From positions 447,129-511,128 of the forward strand of contig NW_008246077.1 in assembly GCF_000281045.1 (NCBI RefSeq): a stretch of DNA of 64,000 bases, read 5' to 3'. Positions within the stretch are counted from its first letter, which is position 1. Each line of letters starts with the position of its first letter. This DNA comes from Saprolegnia diclina VS20. Lineage: Eukaryota. A program made the position numbers and the translations under genes. Of this stretch, positions 21,052-32,176 are shown piece by piece. The notes under the pieces are model-generated. The model was not told where the DNA came from. It did no database searches and worked only from the letters and a program-made list of their open reading frames with translations.

Positions 21052-24000
21052 CTAGTACCGGCGCTCTTGGTACGGTGCGCCGGCATGGTGGTGGTGGGGC
21101 GGCGCCTGGTGGTGCGCCGGCGGCGGCGGGCGGCCATAGTCGGCGTACCGTGGACCGCCGCTGTTACCTCCGTGCGGCTGGTAGCTGCTCGCACCGTGCG
21201 AGCTGTGATGCCCGCTGCTGTAGCTCGACGTGCGCGGCGCGGGCTCGCCCGAGCGGCCACTGCTGCTGTAGCTCGACGGGCGCGACGGCTCGGCGGTACG
21301 GCTACCCGAACCCGACGCGTAGTTGCTCGTGCGCGGCTTGGACTTTGGCGGCGCGAGCGCCGTCTTCTTGAAAAACGCAAGCGCGTGCGCCAGAGATGGC
21401 TGGACCGACGAGTTGACCGAGCCAAAGAACCGGAAACCGTTGGCACGGACCTCCATGTTCCACGTCCGCGCCGTCGTGCGCGCGACAAACGTCACGGAGA
21501 AGCAGCCCGGGTACTCCTTGAACGGGTGGATCGCATATGGGATGCGCTTCGGGTCGGCCTTTTTCTCGGCAAGGAGCGCCTCGCCAATGTCGTGCGCGTC
21601 TTCGTTGCGGTAGTTCTTGTGGTGCACAATCTCGTCAACGAGCGTGTTCATTGGGTCAATGAGCCGCGCAATCATCTCGTCAATCGACTCGAACGTCTCG
21701 TCCTTGACGATGAGCTTGGCACCGAGGCGGCCTTCGGACGGCTTGTCCTTCTCGAGCACGTCAAAGTGGCGGTACACGCCGTCCAGGACCTTCCACGTCA
21801 GCGTCAAGTGGTCGACGTTCTCGCGCGCGGGGCGAAGCACCACATCACCGACCGGGAGCGTCTTGAGCTTGGCGATCGCTTGCTTCATGTTGACGTTGTG
21901 GAACACGGGGTGGATGATCTGGCGGCGCTTGCGCTGGGACTTTTTCTGAATGCGCGTGTTGTCGTATGACTTTTCCTCCTCGGGGCGGGGCAGCTCGTTC
22001 ACGAGCAAGTCGTACCGGTGCTGACTGTCCTTGATAATCTTGTCGACGTTCACGGCGCGCGGGAACGACCCGCGGTTGAAGATCTCTTCCGTCATCATGA
22101 CGATCGACCGCTGGTCGCAGGCGAGACTCAAGTGGTACCGGTTGTAGTCCTGGACAAAGTCCATGATCTTGGCGTTCACTTGCATGCCGCGCGGGAACCC
22201 GTTGATGCGCAAGTACTCATTGCCGCGCTCCGTCATGTAGTCGGGCAAATGCTCCTTCTTGAGCTGCGCCTTGATGTTGGAGTGGAGCGAAACAACGACC
22301 ATCTGATCACCTGCCATCTTGATAAGGCGGCACGGCACGACCATACCAATGCGGAGCGTCTCGCGCGTCTCGTTGTGAAGGAGGTAGAAGAGGTCCAGCT
22401 GCACCGGGTCCTTGTACTTGTCACGCGGGTCAAAGTACGGGTACCGCAGCTCGCGCTTGATGTGCTCGAGCGTCAAGAGCTTCGGGCCCTTCTGCTGCAG
22501 CTCGAGTCGGTTGGCATACGCGGGCAAGTCGAGGTCCGCCAGCGAGTCCTGGATCTCGACGTCCGAGAGCCGTTCACTCTTCTTCGACGTGCTTGCCGGG
22601 CGCTTGGCGCTGGCATTCTTGATCGCAGTTGCCGACTGGAACATCGTGTCTTCGACCGCGTACGAGTACTGATCCGGGTCGTACAAATCCATCGTCGTGT
22701 TGTTGTTGGCGTCACCGCACATCTTGACCGCCATGTAGTAGCTCTCGGGGTGGATGCGTGTGTCGTCGAGTGAGTTGAGCGGTGACTCCTTGAGCGCGTC
22801 ACGCTCGCGGATGCGGACAAAACCCGCGCAGTTGCGGTACACGACAGCGCCCGACACCATCTTGAGTAAATCCTGGCGCTTCTCGAGGTACCCCGCTGCC
22901 TTGATCTTCTCAATGAGCGCCAAGGCCTTGATCGGCCCGAGACCCGAGACGAACTGCAGCACGTACGACGCGTGCGCATAGTTGGCCACGTAGTTGATGT
23001 CGACGCCGACCTTGTTGACGGTCTGGGTAAAGATGCGCTCGTACTCTTTCACGAGGAGGTCCTTGTTGACGTGGCTCTGGAACAAATCGACGTTGAGGTA
23101 CAAAAGCTCACGGCCACGACCTGGCTCGTTCTGCGCGACAAAGCCCCACATGGAGCTGAGCTCCGCGAGCGGGTTGCGCAAATAGCGCGCGAGCCCGATC
23201 GCAGCACGCATGCCCGTCGACTCTTCCGGGAACTCGGCCTCGGCGCGCTTCGACTTGCTGTACATGCGGGCGACGTCGTCCTTGAGGAACGTCACGTGGA
23301 GGTACTCGCGCGGTTCGCTGGCATCGGCACGATGAATCTTGTTGCGAACCGAGTCGACGAGCTCGCCCATGTCCATGCACTTTAGACCGCCGCTCGTGTT
23401 GATAACAACTGCCGACGTGCGCGTGTGCTCTTCCAAGAACGTCGTGAGTACAGTCTGGAGCGACTCGAGGCACGTTGCCGTCAAGCACCGGCCCTGAACC
23501 TTGTCGACGAGCTCTCCGTTCTCGTCGAGCGCGACGATGTAGGCAACGGCCTCCGGATCTTCGTCGTCGACGTAAATACCGATGAGGCGCGGGTCCTCGC
23601 CTTCGTGAGCTTCGAATGGCCGGACCATGACGCGCTTCCGCATGGCGTCGCCGCACCGACGCAGCACAACGTCTTGCGCCGAGAGCCGCCACTCCTGGCG
23701 CAGCTCTTCCTGAAGCGACGGGATCAAGAATGCCACGACAGCCTCAGCGAGAATGTCACGGCGGTGGCTCTGCCATTCGCTGCTGTCGCCCGGCGCGAGG
23801 TAGATCTGCTCGAGGCTCTCAATCAAGACGAGGTGGTCCACCGAGACGTGCGCCGTCACAAACCCTTCTTTCTCGGCCTTCTCGACCCGCATGTACAAAT
23901 CCGTTCCAAAAACGTCCAGCGCCGCCATGCCTTCGAGGTACTGGAGACCGTGGCAGTAGTGAAACTCGTCGATTTCCTCGACGCCCTTCTTGGTCGTGAC

Positions 24001-25776
24001 CGTCGTGAGCGAGGCGAAGCGATGGAAGAGGTCGCGCATGCGCTGGCGCACGTTCGGGTCGGACGCGACTTGGTACGCCGCGACGTGGCGTGCGCCCTTG
24101 AGGACGTCCGGAATCGTCGGAAATTCGTTCGAGAGGTACGTCATGCAAATGTCACCGAGACTGGCGGTCGGCGTTTCGACTTGGCCTTCGCCGTCCGTCA
24201 AGATGCCCGCCAAGACGCCACCGAGAACAGTCGCGCTCATCGTGAACTGCGCGGCGAGGCCCTTGAGGCCAGCCTTGACGCACACGTTGTAAAATGTCCG
24301 TCGACCGGGGCGCTTGAGGCCAGCCGCATTGCTCTTCTCGCGCACGTCCAGCGTCGAAAACGCGAGTGAGAGATCGGCCAAGTGCTTCTCTTCCGGGCTG
24401 CGCACGACATGCTGGTAGCACTTGCGCACGGCCGTGCTCTCGCGCGCCTCGCTCGCGTCGACGGCGTTTTGCATGCCGACCTGCAGCGCCGCACGCTTCC
24501 GCTGGAGCTTGTCGTACTTGATGTCGAGGTCTTGGATAAGATACAAATGCTCGCTGTGAAGCCCCGCGGTCTTCCAGTACTCCTTGCAGTAGCGCTGAAC
24601 GAACGCCGGCTCCAGCTTGTCTTCATGGTAGAAGCGGAGGACGTTGTCGATCGCAGTCACAAGGTTGCCGCGCACACCGCGCTGGCCCGTGTACTTGGCC
24701 TCGAGCTTCTTCAAGACACTGTCGACCATCCACTCGGCTTCCTCTGCACGCTCTTCGGGGTCCGGGAACCGCCGCTGCGCAAACATCTGGATGTAGCGCT
24801 CGGGCTCGTCGCGCTCGCGGACAGCCGCGTCGTTGGCCGTCATGTGGAATTCCTTCAAGACACTGGGCTCGTACTTGTCGATCAAGATTGCACGCTTGTC
24901 CTTCTCGGCCGACTCTTGCGTAATGTGGCCACGCGTTGCCTCCAAGAAGGCCTCGGCGTCACCGAAGAGCTCCTCGGCTTCATCGAGCTGGTACAAAGAC
25001 GGACCTTGAGCGATCTCCATCGACTGGCGCGGCTTCTTCACGGGGCGGTGGCCCGTCTTTTGACGCCCGTTGCCGTCTTCATCTTCCGACACGATGAAGC
25101 CATCATCACTGTCGTACTCGGCCTCGTCGCCGTAACCGTCGCCCTTGCGCACCGGCGCAGCATCTTCATCGTCATCTGACGCACCAAACATGTCTTTGGA
25201 CATGTCGGCGTTGATCTTCTCGGCCTTCTTCTTCACCTTCTTGGACGCCTTCTTGGCCGAGCCATCCGAGTCAAAGTCGCCGCCGTCGCTGTAGGAGCGG
25301 TCGCGGTTCTTCTTGATACCCAAGTTTTCTTGAATGAGATCAATGTCGTCGTCGTCCAGGTCGTCGTCGTCCCGGCCTTGGCGCAAGCGCGAGCGCTTCT
25401 TGTCCTTCTTCTTCTTGCGCTTGCGATGGCCCCGGCCTTCGTCTTCATCGCTCTCGTCGTCGTCGCCGACGACGAAGCCGTCGTTGACGTACGTGTTGTC
25501 TTCTTCGACGTCCTCTTCTTCGGACGAGTCGATCTCCTTCCCGTCGTCATCGCTCTCGGACGCTTCCTCTTCAACAAAGGCGTTCTTCTTGCGGGGCTTC
25601 TCGTCGTCACTGTCCATGACGCGGCTCTTTTTGGCCGCCTTGGTCTTGCCCTTCTTGTCCAGCTTGCGCTTCTTCGAGCCGGGGTCGGCCTTCATCTCCG
25701 ACTCGGATTCCGACTCGGACACGGCCGGCGAGTTCTCATCTACCGAGAGCAGCATGGGCGTCTGGAAGCGTTCCAT
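21052..25776 (-). CDS. SPT6: Transcription elongation factor/histone chaperone SPT6
   Basis: 1574-aa ORF: acidic N-terminus, DEAEELFGD, RDEPER, SKRAEAEFP..IGLARYLRNPL, LQFVSGLGP, LDDTRIHPESY, tandem SH2 (HLTLTWKV, FESIDEMIAR, RIPY). Confidence 0.97.
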   Translation of the reverse strand: MERFQTPMLLSVDENSPAVSESESESEMKADPGSKKRKLDKKGKTKAAKKSRVMDSDDEKPRKKNAFVEEEASESDDDGKEIDSSEEEDVEEDNTYVNDGFVVGDDDESDEDEGRGHRKRKKKKDKKRSRLRQGRDDDDLDDDDIDLIQENLGIKKNRDRSYSDGGDFDSDGSAKKASKKVKKKAEKINADMSKDMFGASDDDEDAAPVRKGDGYGDEAEYDSDDGFIVSEDEDGNGRQKTGHRPVKKPRQSMEIAQGPSLYQLDEAEELFGDAEAFLEATRGHITQESAEKDKRAILIDKYEPSVLKEFHMTANDAAVRERDEPERYIQMFAQRRFPDPEERAEEAEWMVDSVLKKLEAKYTGQRGVRGNLVTAIDNVLRFYHEDKLEPAFVQRYCKEYWKTAGLHSEHLYLIQDLDIKYDKLQRKRAALQVGMQNAVDASEARESTAVRKCYQHVVRSPEEKHLADLSLAFSTLDVREKSNAAGLKRPGRRTFYNVCVKAGLKGLAAQFTMSATVLGGVLAGILTDGEGQVETPTASLGDICMTYLSNEFPTIPDVLKGARHVAAYQVASDPNVRQRMRDLFHRFASLTTVTTKKGVEEIDEFHYCHGLQYLEGMAALDVFGTDLYMRVEKAEKEGFVTAHVSVDHLVLIESLEQIYLAPGDSSEWQSHRRDILAEAVVAFLIPSLQEELRQEWRLSAQDVVLRRCGDAMRKRVMVRPFEAHEGEDPRLIGIYVDDEDPEAVAYIVALDENGELVDKVQGRCLTATCLESLQTVLTTFLEEHTRTSAVVINTSGGLKCMDMGELVDSVRNKIHRADASEPREYLHVTFLKDDVARMYSKSKRAEAEFPEESTGMRAAIGLARYLRNPLAELSSMWGFVAQNEPGRGRELLYLNVDLFQSHVNKDLLVKEYERIFTQTVNKVGVDINYVANYAHASYVLQFVSGLGPIKALALIEKIKAAGYLEKRQDLLKMVSGAVVYRNCAGFVRIRERDALKESPLNSLDDTRIHPESYYMAVKMCGDANNNTTMDLYDPDQYSYAVEDTMFQSATAIKNASAKRPASTSKKSERLSDVEIQDSLADLDLPAYANRLELQQKGPKLLTLEHIKRELRYPYFDPRDKYKDPVQLDLFYLLHNETRETLRIGMVVPCRLIKMAGDQMVVVSLHSNIKAQLKKEHLPDYMTERGNEYLRINGFPRGMQVNAKIMDFVQDYNRYHLSLACDQRSIVMMTEEIFNRGSFPRAVNVDKIIKDSQHRYDLLVNELPRPEEEKSYDNTRIQKKSQRKRRQIIHPVFHNVNMKQAIAKLKTLPVGDVVLRPARENVDHLTLTWKVLDGVYRHFDVLEKDKPSEGRLGAKLIVKDETFESIDEMIARLIDPMNTLVDEIVHHKNYRNEDAHDIGEALLAEKKADPKRIPYAIHPFKEYPGCFSVTFVARTTARTWNMEVRANGFRFFGSVNSSVQPSLAHALAFFKKTALAPPKSKPRTSNYASGSGSRTAEPSRPSSYSSSGRSGEPAPRTSSYSSGHHSSHGASSYQPHGGNSGGPRYADYGRPPPPAHHQAPPHHHHAGAPYQERRY

Positions 25777-26217
25777 CGCGTAGAGACCCTCGGTAGATGG
25801 AGCGCTCCATCTACCAGCCTCTTCCTCGCTCGCGCTTACCTTCGGACGATGGCATCGTGGGTTGGTCTGCTGCTCCGGATCACTGGACTTCCAACCCCAC
25901 AGGTTTCGCTGTGCGGGGCTTCACCCAATTCCAAATATATTCAATTCGGACATGTCCTTGTTTCAAACGCCATATTCGGCCTTTTCGGGCTTGGCTTCGG
26001 CAAAAATGGCGCGAAAGCCTAGCTATAAAGTGGATTTGCTTCGTGATTTATTACCGACGGTGGCAACAACATACAAACACCAAGCCAAGACGCCACCGTG
26101 TGTAATAAAATACGCCATTTTATTATGCTGCACAAGATCGCGACAACTTTAGGACCATCACTGACCGCATGACAAAAGAACTTGCGCGCGTCGACACAAG
26201 AGAACCTGCCAGCGACC

Positions 26218-27126
26218 ATGAACATGCAAGACACGGACGCCCAGCGCCAAGCATGGGAGGCCGAACAGGCAGAGGTACGCTGGTGGGGGCTACGCATCTC
26301 ATGGCTTATCCTGGCCATAGATGAAATGCGCCATGAACATGACGAGCACCGTGGACGAGAGCCGCCTCACCCGCGTCGGCGGCGTCGATATCTCGTTCCT
26401 CAAGGGCACCAATGACGCCTGCGCAACCCTTGTTGTCCTTTCGTATCCCGACCTCAAGGTGCTTTGTGAAGCCTCGTACGGTCTTTTCGCATGTGGAGTC
26501 GACTCATGCACCGCACACTAGTTGCTACACAAACCTGACGCTGCCCTACATCCCAACGTTCCTTGGCTTTCGTGAGCTACCGGCGCTCCTACCCCTCTTC
26601 GACTTGATCCCAGAGGACCTGCAGCCGCAGCTCGTCTTTGTCGATGGCAACGGGCGACTGCATCCGCGTGGCTTTGGCATTGCGTCGCACTTGGGCGTGG
26701 TCAAGACGCTGCCGACGATTGGCGTTGCCAAGACGTTTCTGAACGTCGACGGTCTCGCCAAGTCCCATGTTCGCGCGCTCGTCGAGGACGCCAAGGCGAT
26801 CCAGCGCGACGACTCGACCAACGACGACGTGGTCGTACCGCTGCGTGGCGAGTCGGGCACGGTACAAACACCTTGTTCGAGTCTTATTTATACTGCGCAT
26901 GCAGGTATGGGGCTCGGCGCTGTGCACGAAAGGCATTCAAAACCCTATCTACGTTTCGATTGGTAATCTTATTACACTCGAGCAAGCGGTCGCGCTCACG
27001 CAGGCAACGTCGCTCTTCCGCGTACCCGAGCCGATTCGACAAGCCGACTTGCGATCGCGCGCCATCATTCGAGCATGGGAAGCCGACGGTGTCGACACGG
27101 GCTTTTGCGCTTACACGGGTCCCTAA
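26218..27126 (+). CDS. ENDOV: Endonuclease V (inosine-specific nuclease), multi-exon
   Basis: VGGVDISF, PYIPTFLGFRE, FVDGNGRLHPRGFGIASHLG..PTIGVAK, NPIYVSIG, FRVPEPIRQAD. Confidence 0.93.
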
Positions 27127-27376
27127 GCTCGACTGCGCTGGTTTCGTTGGCGTGACTATCAAGTGGCTTGATAATAAAGATCCGATTCTAGAAATTTCTC
27201 GAATGTACGTCGCGGTATAAAACCAATCAAATCGACGGGCGCCATGCGAAAATGGACTTGGGGCAGGAGGATCCTAATTAGGACCTAAAGTCCTGGGGGA
27301 AGTCGCAAAAGACTGGTTCTGTGGATCCCTGCGACGCCTTCATATTGCAAACGGGCGGCAACCGCAGAAGCGCAAC

Positions 27377-28936
27377 ATGGACTTGTCCTCGAACGACGCC
27401 TCTGCCGAGGAGTGGAAGACCAAGGGCAATGACCTGTACAAGAAGGCTGACTACCGCGGCGCCATTGACATGTACTCGAAGGCCATCGAGCTCGCGCCGA
27501 CGACGGCGGCCTTCTACGGCAACCGGGCGGCGGCGTATCTCATGATTGCCAAGCACCACGAAGCGATTGCCGACTCGTCGCGTGCGATCGCCATGGAGCC
27601 GACCTTTATTCGCGGCTACCAGCGCAAGGCCAAGGCGCAAGTTGCGCTCGGTGACATCGAGGCCGCCATCAAGACGTACCAGGCAGGCTCGATGAAGGAC
27701 CCGACGGACGCGACGCTCTTCAACGACCGCCGTGCCGCTGAAATCGCTGCCGACAAGATCTCGCGCGGTCGCGACTATGTCAAGGCCGAGCGCTTCCGCG
27801 AAGCCGTCTCGTGCTTTGACAGCGCCCTCCTGACGTGCACGCACGCGAACGACCTCAAGAAGTGGCGCGCCGAAGCACTAATCGGCTGCGAGCGCTACGA
27901 CGAAGCCTTTGCTGCACTTACGCAGCTCATGCGGTCGGACTCGGCGTCGCCGGACGTGCTCTACCTCCGCGCCAAGTGCTTGTACTTTCAGGGCGAATTT
28001 ACGAGCGCCATCAAGCACTTGCAGCAGGCGCTGCGCTCGGACCCGGACAACGGTCGCTTCATGAAGGAAATCAAGCGCATCCGCCAGCTCGACTCGCAAA
28101 AGGAAGCCGCCAACGATGCGTTCAAGGGTGGTCGCTTCCAGGAAGCCGCGGATGCGTACTCGCAGTGCCTCCTCATCGATCCCGCCAACAAGGCGTACAA
28201 CGCCAAGCTGCACTGCAACCGCGCCGCGGCCTTGTCGAAGCTCAGCCAAAACGAAGAGGCGATCAAGGACTGCGACAAGGCGATCTACTATGACAGCTCG
28301 TACGTCAAGGCGTACATACGCAAGGCCCAGTGCTTGCGCGACATTGGCGGCAAGGACAACCTCGAACAGGCGCTCCGTGAGTACGAATCCGCGTCCAAGC
28401 TCGTCGGCGAAGACACGCAGCGCCAGTACGCGGGCTACATTCGTGAGACGAAGCTCGAGCTCAAGAAGGCCAAGCGGAAAGACTTTTACAAGATTCTGGA
28501 CGTGTCGCCGTCGGCGTCGGACGCCGAGATCAAGAAGGCATACCGCAAGTCGGCGCTCAAGTACCACCCGGATCGGCACTCGAACAAGACGGAAGACGAA
28601 CAGAAGGCGGCCGAAACCTCGTTCAAGGACGTCGGCGAGGCCTACGCCGTGCTCTCGGACCCGCAGAAGAAGCAGCGCTACGACTCTGGCGTCGACCTTG
28701 ACGACCTCGACGGCGATGGCATGGGCGGCATGGGCGGCATGGGTGGCATGAACCCCAACGACATCTTCCAAATGTTCTTCTCTGGCCAAGGCGGTGGCAT
28801 GGGCGGCGGCGGCGGCGGCTTTGGCGGCGGCGGCTTTGGCGGTGGCGGCTTCGGTGGTATGGGCGGCGGCGGCGGCTACGGTGGCCGTGGTCACAGCGGC
28901 TTCGGCGGCCAAGGCCAAAGCTTCCACTTTGGCTAG
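27377..28936 (+). CDS. DNAJC7: TPR + J-domain co-chaperone (DnaJ subfamily C7/TPR2)
   Basis: TPR repeats (WKTKGNDLYK, FYGNRAAAY, LHCNRAAA), RKDFYKIL..IKKAYRKSALKYHPD J-domain, Gly/Phe-rich tail. Confidence 0.95.
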   Translation: MDLSSNDASAEEWKTKGNDLYKKADYRGAIDMYSKAIELAPTTAAFYGNRAAAYLMIAKHHEAIADSSRAIAMEPTFIRGYQRKAKAQVALGDIEAAIKTYQAGSMKDPTDATLFNDRRAAEIAADKISRGRDYVKAERFREAVSCFDSALLTCTHANDLKKWRAEALIGCERYDEAFAALTQLMRSDSASPDVLYLRAKCLYFQGEFTSAIKHLQQALRSDPDNGRFMKEIKRIRQLDSQKEAANDAFKGGRFQEAADAYSQCLLIDPANKAYNAKLHCNRAAALSKLSQNEEAIKDCDKAIYYDSSYVKAYIRKAQCLRDIGGKDNLEQALREYESASKLVGEDTQRQYAGYIRETKLELKKAKRKDFYKILDVSPSASDAEIKKAYRKSALKYHPDRHSNKTEDEQKAAETSFKDVGEAYAVLSDPQKKQRYDSGVDLDDLDGDGMGGMGGMGGMNPNDIFQMFFSGQGGGMGGGGGGFGGGGFGGGGFGGMGGGGGYGGRGHSGFGGQGQSFHFG

Positions 28937-29031
28937 GCTCAATGTCGGTCCATGTACACTCGTCAATAGAATTTATGTATAGCCCTCGGTTTTGGCACAT
29001 GATTGTTCGCATTGCATCGGGCCGTCCAATG

Positions 29032-29064
29032 CCATCTTGACGCCCGATTCGGGCGTCAAGATGG
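29032..29064. repeat. Perfect palindrome, 16-bp arms around a 1-nt centre
   Basis: ccatcttgacgcccga-t-tcgggcgtcaagatgg; the second arm is the exact reverse complement of the first. Confidence 0.95.
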
Positions 29065-29242
29065 AATGGTGGGGTGTTTCTATCCTGATCATGCATGCGC
29101 GTGGATTGGTCGAAATCCCTCGCTTCAAGCGCTTTGATTGGTCGATACGAGCCAATCCCGTCGCATGGCAAGCGCTTCGTATCCGGTAATCCGGATATAC
29201 GGACCAATCGATGGCGGTACGCAGATACGCACTCGGATTCAA

Positions 29243-30657
29243 ATGCCAGCGTCGACTCGCACCAAGCGCGTGGCCGCGCCATTGCCCAGCGCGTCCAGCG
29301 GCAAGGCGAAGAAGGTCCAGACGCGCAGTGGCAAGGTGCGCTACAATGGCTGGGAAGTGCCGACCCACAACTACGAGCTCGACGTCATCGACACGGCGAG
29401 CATCACCCCTCAGCGCTTCTACGCCGAGTACGTGGCAGCGCGCCGGCCCGTCGTGCTCCGTGGCTACATCACCGACCCGGCGTTTACTGCGCCGGTGAAG
29501 TGGACCAACGAGTACTTGAAGGCCACGGCGGGCGACGCGCCGCTCATGGTGGAGGAGCGCAGCTCGCCGTCCGACTCGTTTGGGAAGGGCAACGAGGTGC
29601 CCATGACGTTTCGCACGTTCTTGGACCTCTTGGAGCAGCGCGATATGCTGCACTACCTGACGACGCAGGACGTCGAGGCCGATCCCGAGACTGGCCGGCC
29701 CGGCCTCATGGCGCCGTTCATTGCGCAGCTCGCGCACGATTTTCCGCTGACGCCGGCGCTGCTCGGCCACCTCGTACCGCAAAACATCAACGTCTGGATG
29801 GGCAATGCGGTCGATGGGTCGACGACCGGACTGCACCACGACTACCATGACAACTTGTACATTTTGCTGCGCGGGAAAAAGCACTTTCGTCTCTACGCGC
29901 CGTCGGACGTCGAGGCCATGTACACGCGCGGATCGCTGCTGCAAGTGCACGAGAACGGCCGCATCAACTACGAGGGCGAGCCCACGACAGCGTACGGCGC
30001 CGACCCGCTCTCGGAGCAAGCGGCTCTCGTCGCCAAGACCCAGCGCGACGCCGAAGCCGAGGTACGCTTCTTCGCATGTCCTGCAGGATATCCGACGATC
30101 GATCGATGTAGCTCGAAGCAGCCGAAGCCGACTTGGAAAATGGCGTTCACGGCGCGGCCGAGCGTGTCACTGCGGCGGAAGCCAAGCTGGAAGAGGCCAT
30201 GGAAGCCGCCATGGACGTCGAGTGGAATGACAACGATGAAGATGGTGACGAGGATGACGACGAGGATGCGGACCAAGATGCGGACGAAGATGCGGATGTG
30301 TTTGAAGATGACCTCGCCGTGCGTCGGGTCGTCGACAAGACAATCAAGTACCCGATCAACTTTAGCCGCGTCAAGACGTCGCGCCCCGTAACCGAGCTTG
30401 CGGCCGAGTTTCCTCTGTTTGCAAGCGCAAAGGCGACGACTTGCGAGCTCGGCGTCGGCGATATGCTGTACCTTCCTGCCTCGTGGTTCCATGAAGTGAC
30501 GTCGTTTACGGAGCATGGCGCGTCGGACAAAGGCCATCTTGCACTCAACTACTGGTACCACCCACCGGACGTCACCACCGCGTTCACCGCGCCGTACTCG
30601 AGCTCGTTCTGGCCCGATGATTTTGCCGCCCGCGGCCTCGTAAAGACCGACGACTAA
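29243..30657 (+). CDS. JmjC/cupin-8 2-oxoglutarate-Fe(II) oxygenase, 2 exons
   Basis: FYAEYVAARRPVVL, KWTNEYL, INVWMG, TGLHHDYHDNLY (HxD), GKKHFRL, GDMLYLPASWFHEV (distal His), ALNYWY; intron ~30062-30110. Confidence 0.9.
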
Positions 30658-31125
30658 GATCTGATTGTGCGACTGGACGAGACGTCGTGTGATCTCGCTC
30701 GCGTGGTTTGCTCTGGGTTGTACCAAAGACATTTAAGTAGAGAATCGGTGGGTATTTTGGCCTTGGTCGCTCCGACGAGCAGCCTGTCGAAGCGCGATTG
30801 GTGACTGGCAACGCTGGCTCTTGAAGGCGCTGGCAGATGACCAACGTGTGGACAAATTCGTCATGTTCTACGGTCGCCCCATCAGTCAAGCATGTCATCG
30901 CTTCTTGCACGGGTGCTTCTAGATTGTGGCACTTCATGCTTGAAGCTGCGACTGGCTTTCGAACCGTATGTTGAATACGTGGCGCCACGAGCATTCGAAT
31001 CCTCTACCCGTTGTCAACGTCACTGTCGGAGGCTGGTGAGATTTTTTCGAACCGGGGGATGTGCAGCCGCCTTCCGCGCGCGTGCCATCTCGCCAGAGGC
31101 TGCGCGTCGAACCGCAGATCGCAAC

Positions 31126-31968
31126 ATGCGTCGCAGCAAGCAAGTGTTCTCGCTCGCCTTTCCGAACGCCGTCGCCTCGCCCGACGCAGCGTGGATGGAG
31201 AAGAGCGAGAGCGCGCTCTGCGTCATTTGCCACTCGCCGTTCCAGCTCTGGACAAAGTGGAAGCACCACTGCCGCCTCTGCGGCCGCCTCGTGTGCGCCG
31301 CCTGCTCGCCCCACCGCGCCTACATTGACAAGGCGTCCAAGCGCACATGCCGCCTGTGCGGTGACGTGCTGCACATGCTCCAGGCGCTCGGCGACGCCCG
31401 CGTGCACAGCAAAGCCGGCAAACCGTCGCCTTTGTTCTTTCAGCAGCCGCACCCAGCCGACGAGTATGGCACGATCATGGCCATCTCGCGCGCGTCGCTG
31501 CGGTCAGACCTCTACTACATCATTTCGGCGTGGTGGCTAAGTCGGTGGCTTGCGTACGTGACCGCGGGCGGCGACCACCCGGGCGCGATCGCCAACCACT
31601 CGCTGCTCTCGTTTCATCGCGGCCAGCTCTTGCCCAAGCCCGAGTTGCCTCTTGGCGCGTACCATGCGATTCACCCGGACGTGTGGAAGGTGTTTCAGCA
31701 CTACTACGGCGGCGGGCCGTCGATATCGGTCGTCGGCACCTCGAAAGCGTGGAACATTCACTTGCGTCCGACCGAGATCTTTGGACACTGCTGGTTCCCC
31801 ATGGACGACGACAACGACAGCGTGTCGGAGCGCCCGAGCGTGATCCTTCGCCACCTCGTCGTGACACCGCCCTCGATCGTCGTGCCATCGACGCTCGCTG
31901 CGCGATATCAAAAAGCGCGGCTTGCGCCGTGTCGCCCGCGCGACTTGGGTTCTGTCCCAACGTCGTAG
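31126..31968 (+). CDS. FYVE zinc finger + DUSP domain protein
   Basis: WMEKSESALCVICHSPF..KHHCRLCGRLVCAACS..RTCRLC (FYVE); YYIISAWWLSRW..PGAIANHSLL..YHAIHPDVWKVFQHYYGGGP (DUSP). Confidence 0.8.
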   Translation: MRRSKQVFSLAFPNAVASPDAAWMEKSESALCVICHSPFQLWTKWKHHCRLCGRLVCAACSPHRAYIDKASKRTCRLCGDVLHMLQALGDARVHSKAGKPSPLFFQQPHPADEYGTIMAISRASLRSDLYYIISAWWLSRWLAYVTAGGDHPGAIANHSLLSFHRGQLLPKPELPLGAYHAIHPDVWKVFQHYYGGGPSISVVGTSKAWNIHLRPTEIFGHCWFPMDDDNDSVSERPSVILRHLVVTPPSIVVPSTLAARYQKARLAPCRPRDLGSVPTS

Positions 31969-32176
31969 CGTCCGGCCCCACCGTCGTTGTACTACAGTAT
32001 CTGTGTTTCGACAAGTTGTCGTCGTCGTCGTAGCCCCAATCTCGTTTAATCGATTCGAACATGGATCGACCCCGCGTCCTATCCTACCCCAGTATCTCCG
32101 GCCCAGTGTAGTACCGTACGCTGTAAGGTTACACGGGACATTGCCCTTTCTCAACGCAAATCTTTTGAAACGCCAC

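Noticed and set aside
28720..28920. GGC-rich repeats
   Set aside because: Encode the ordinary Gly/Phe-rich tail of DNAJC7
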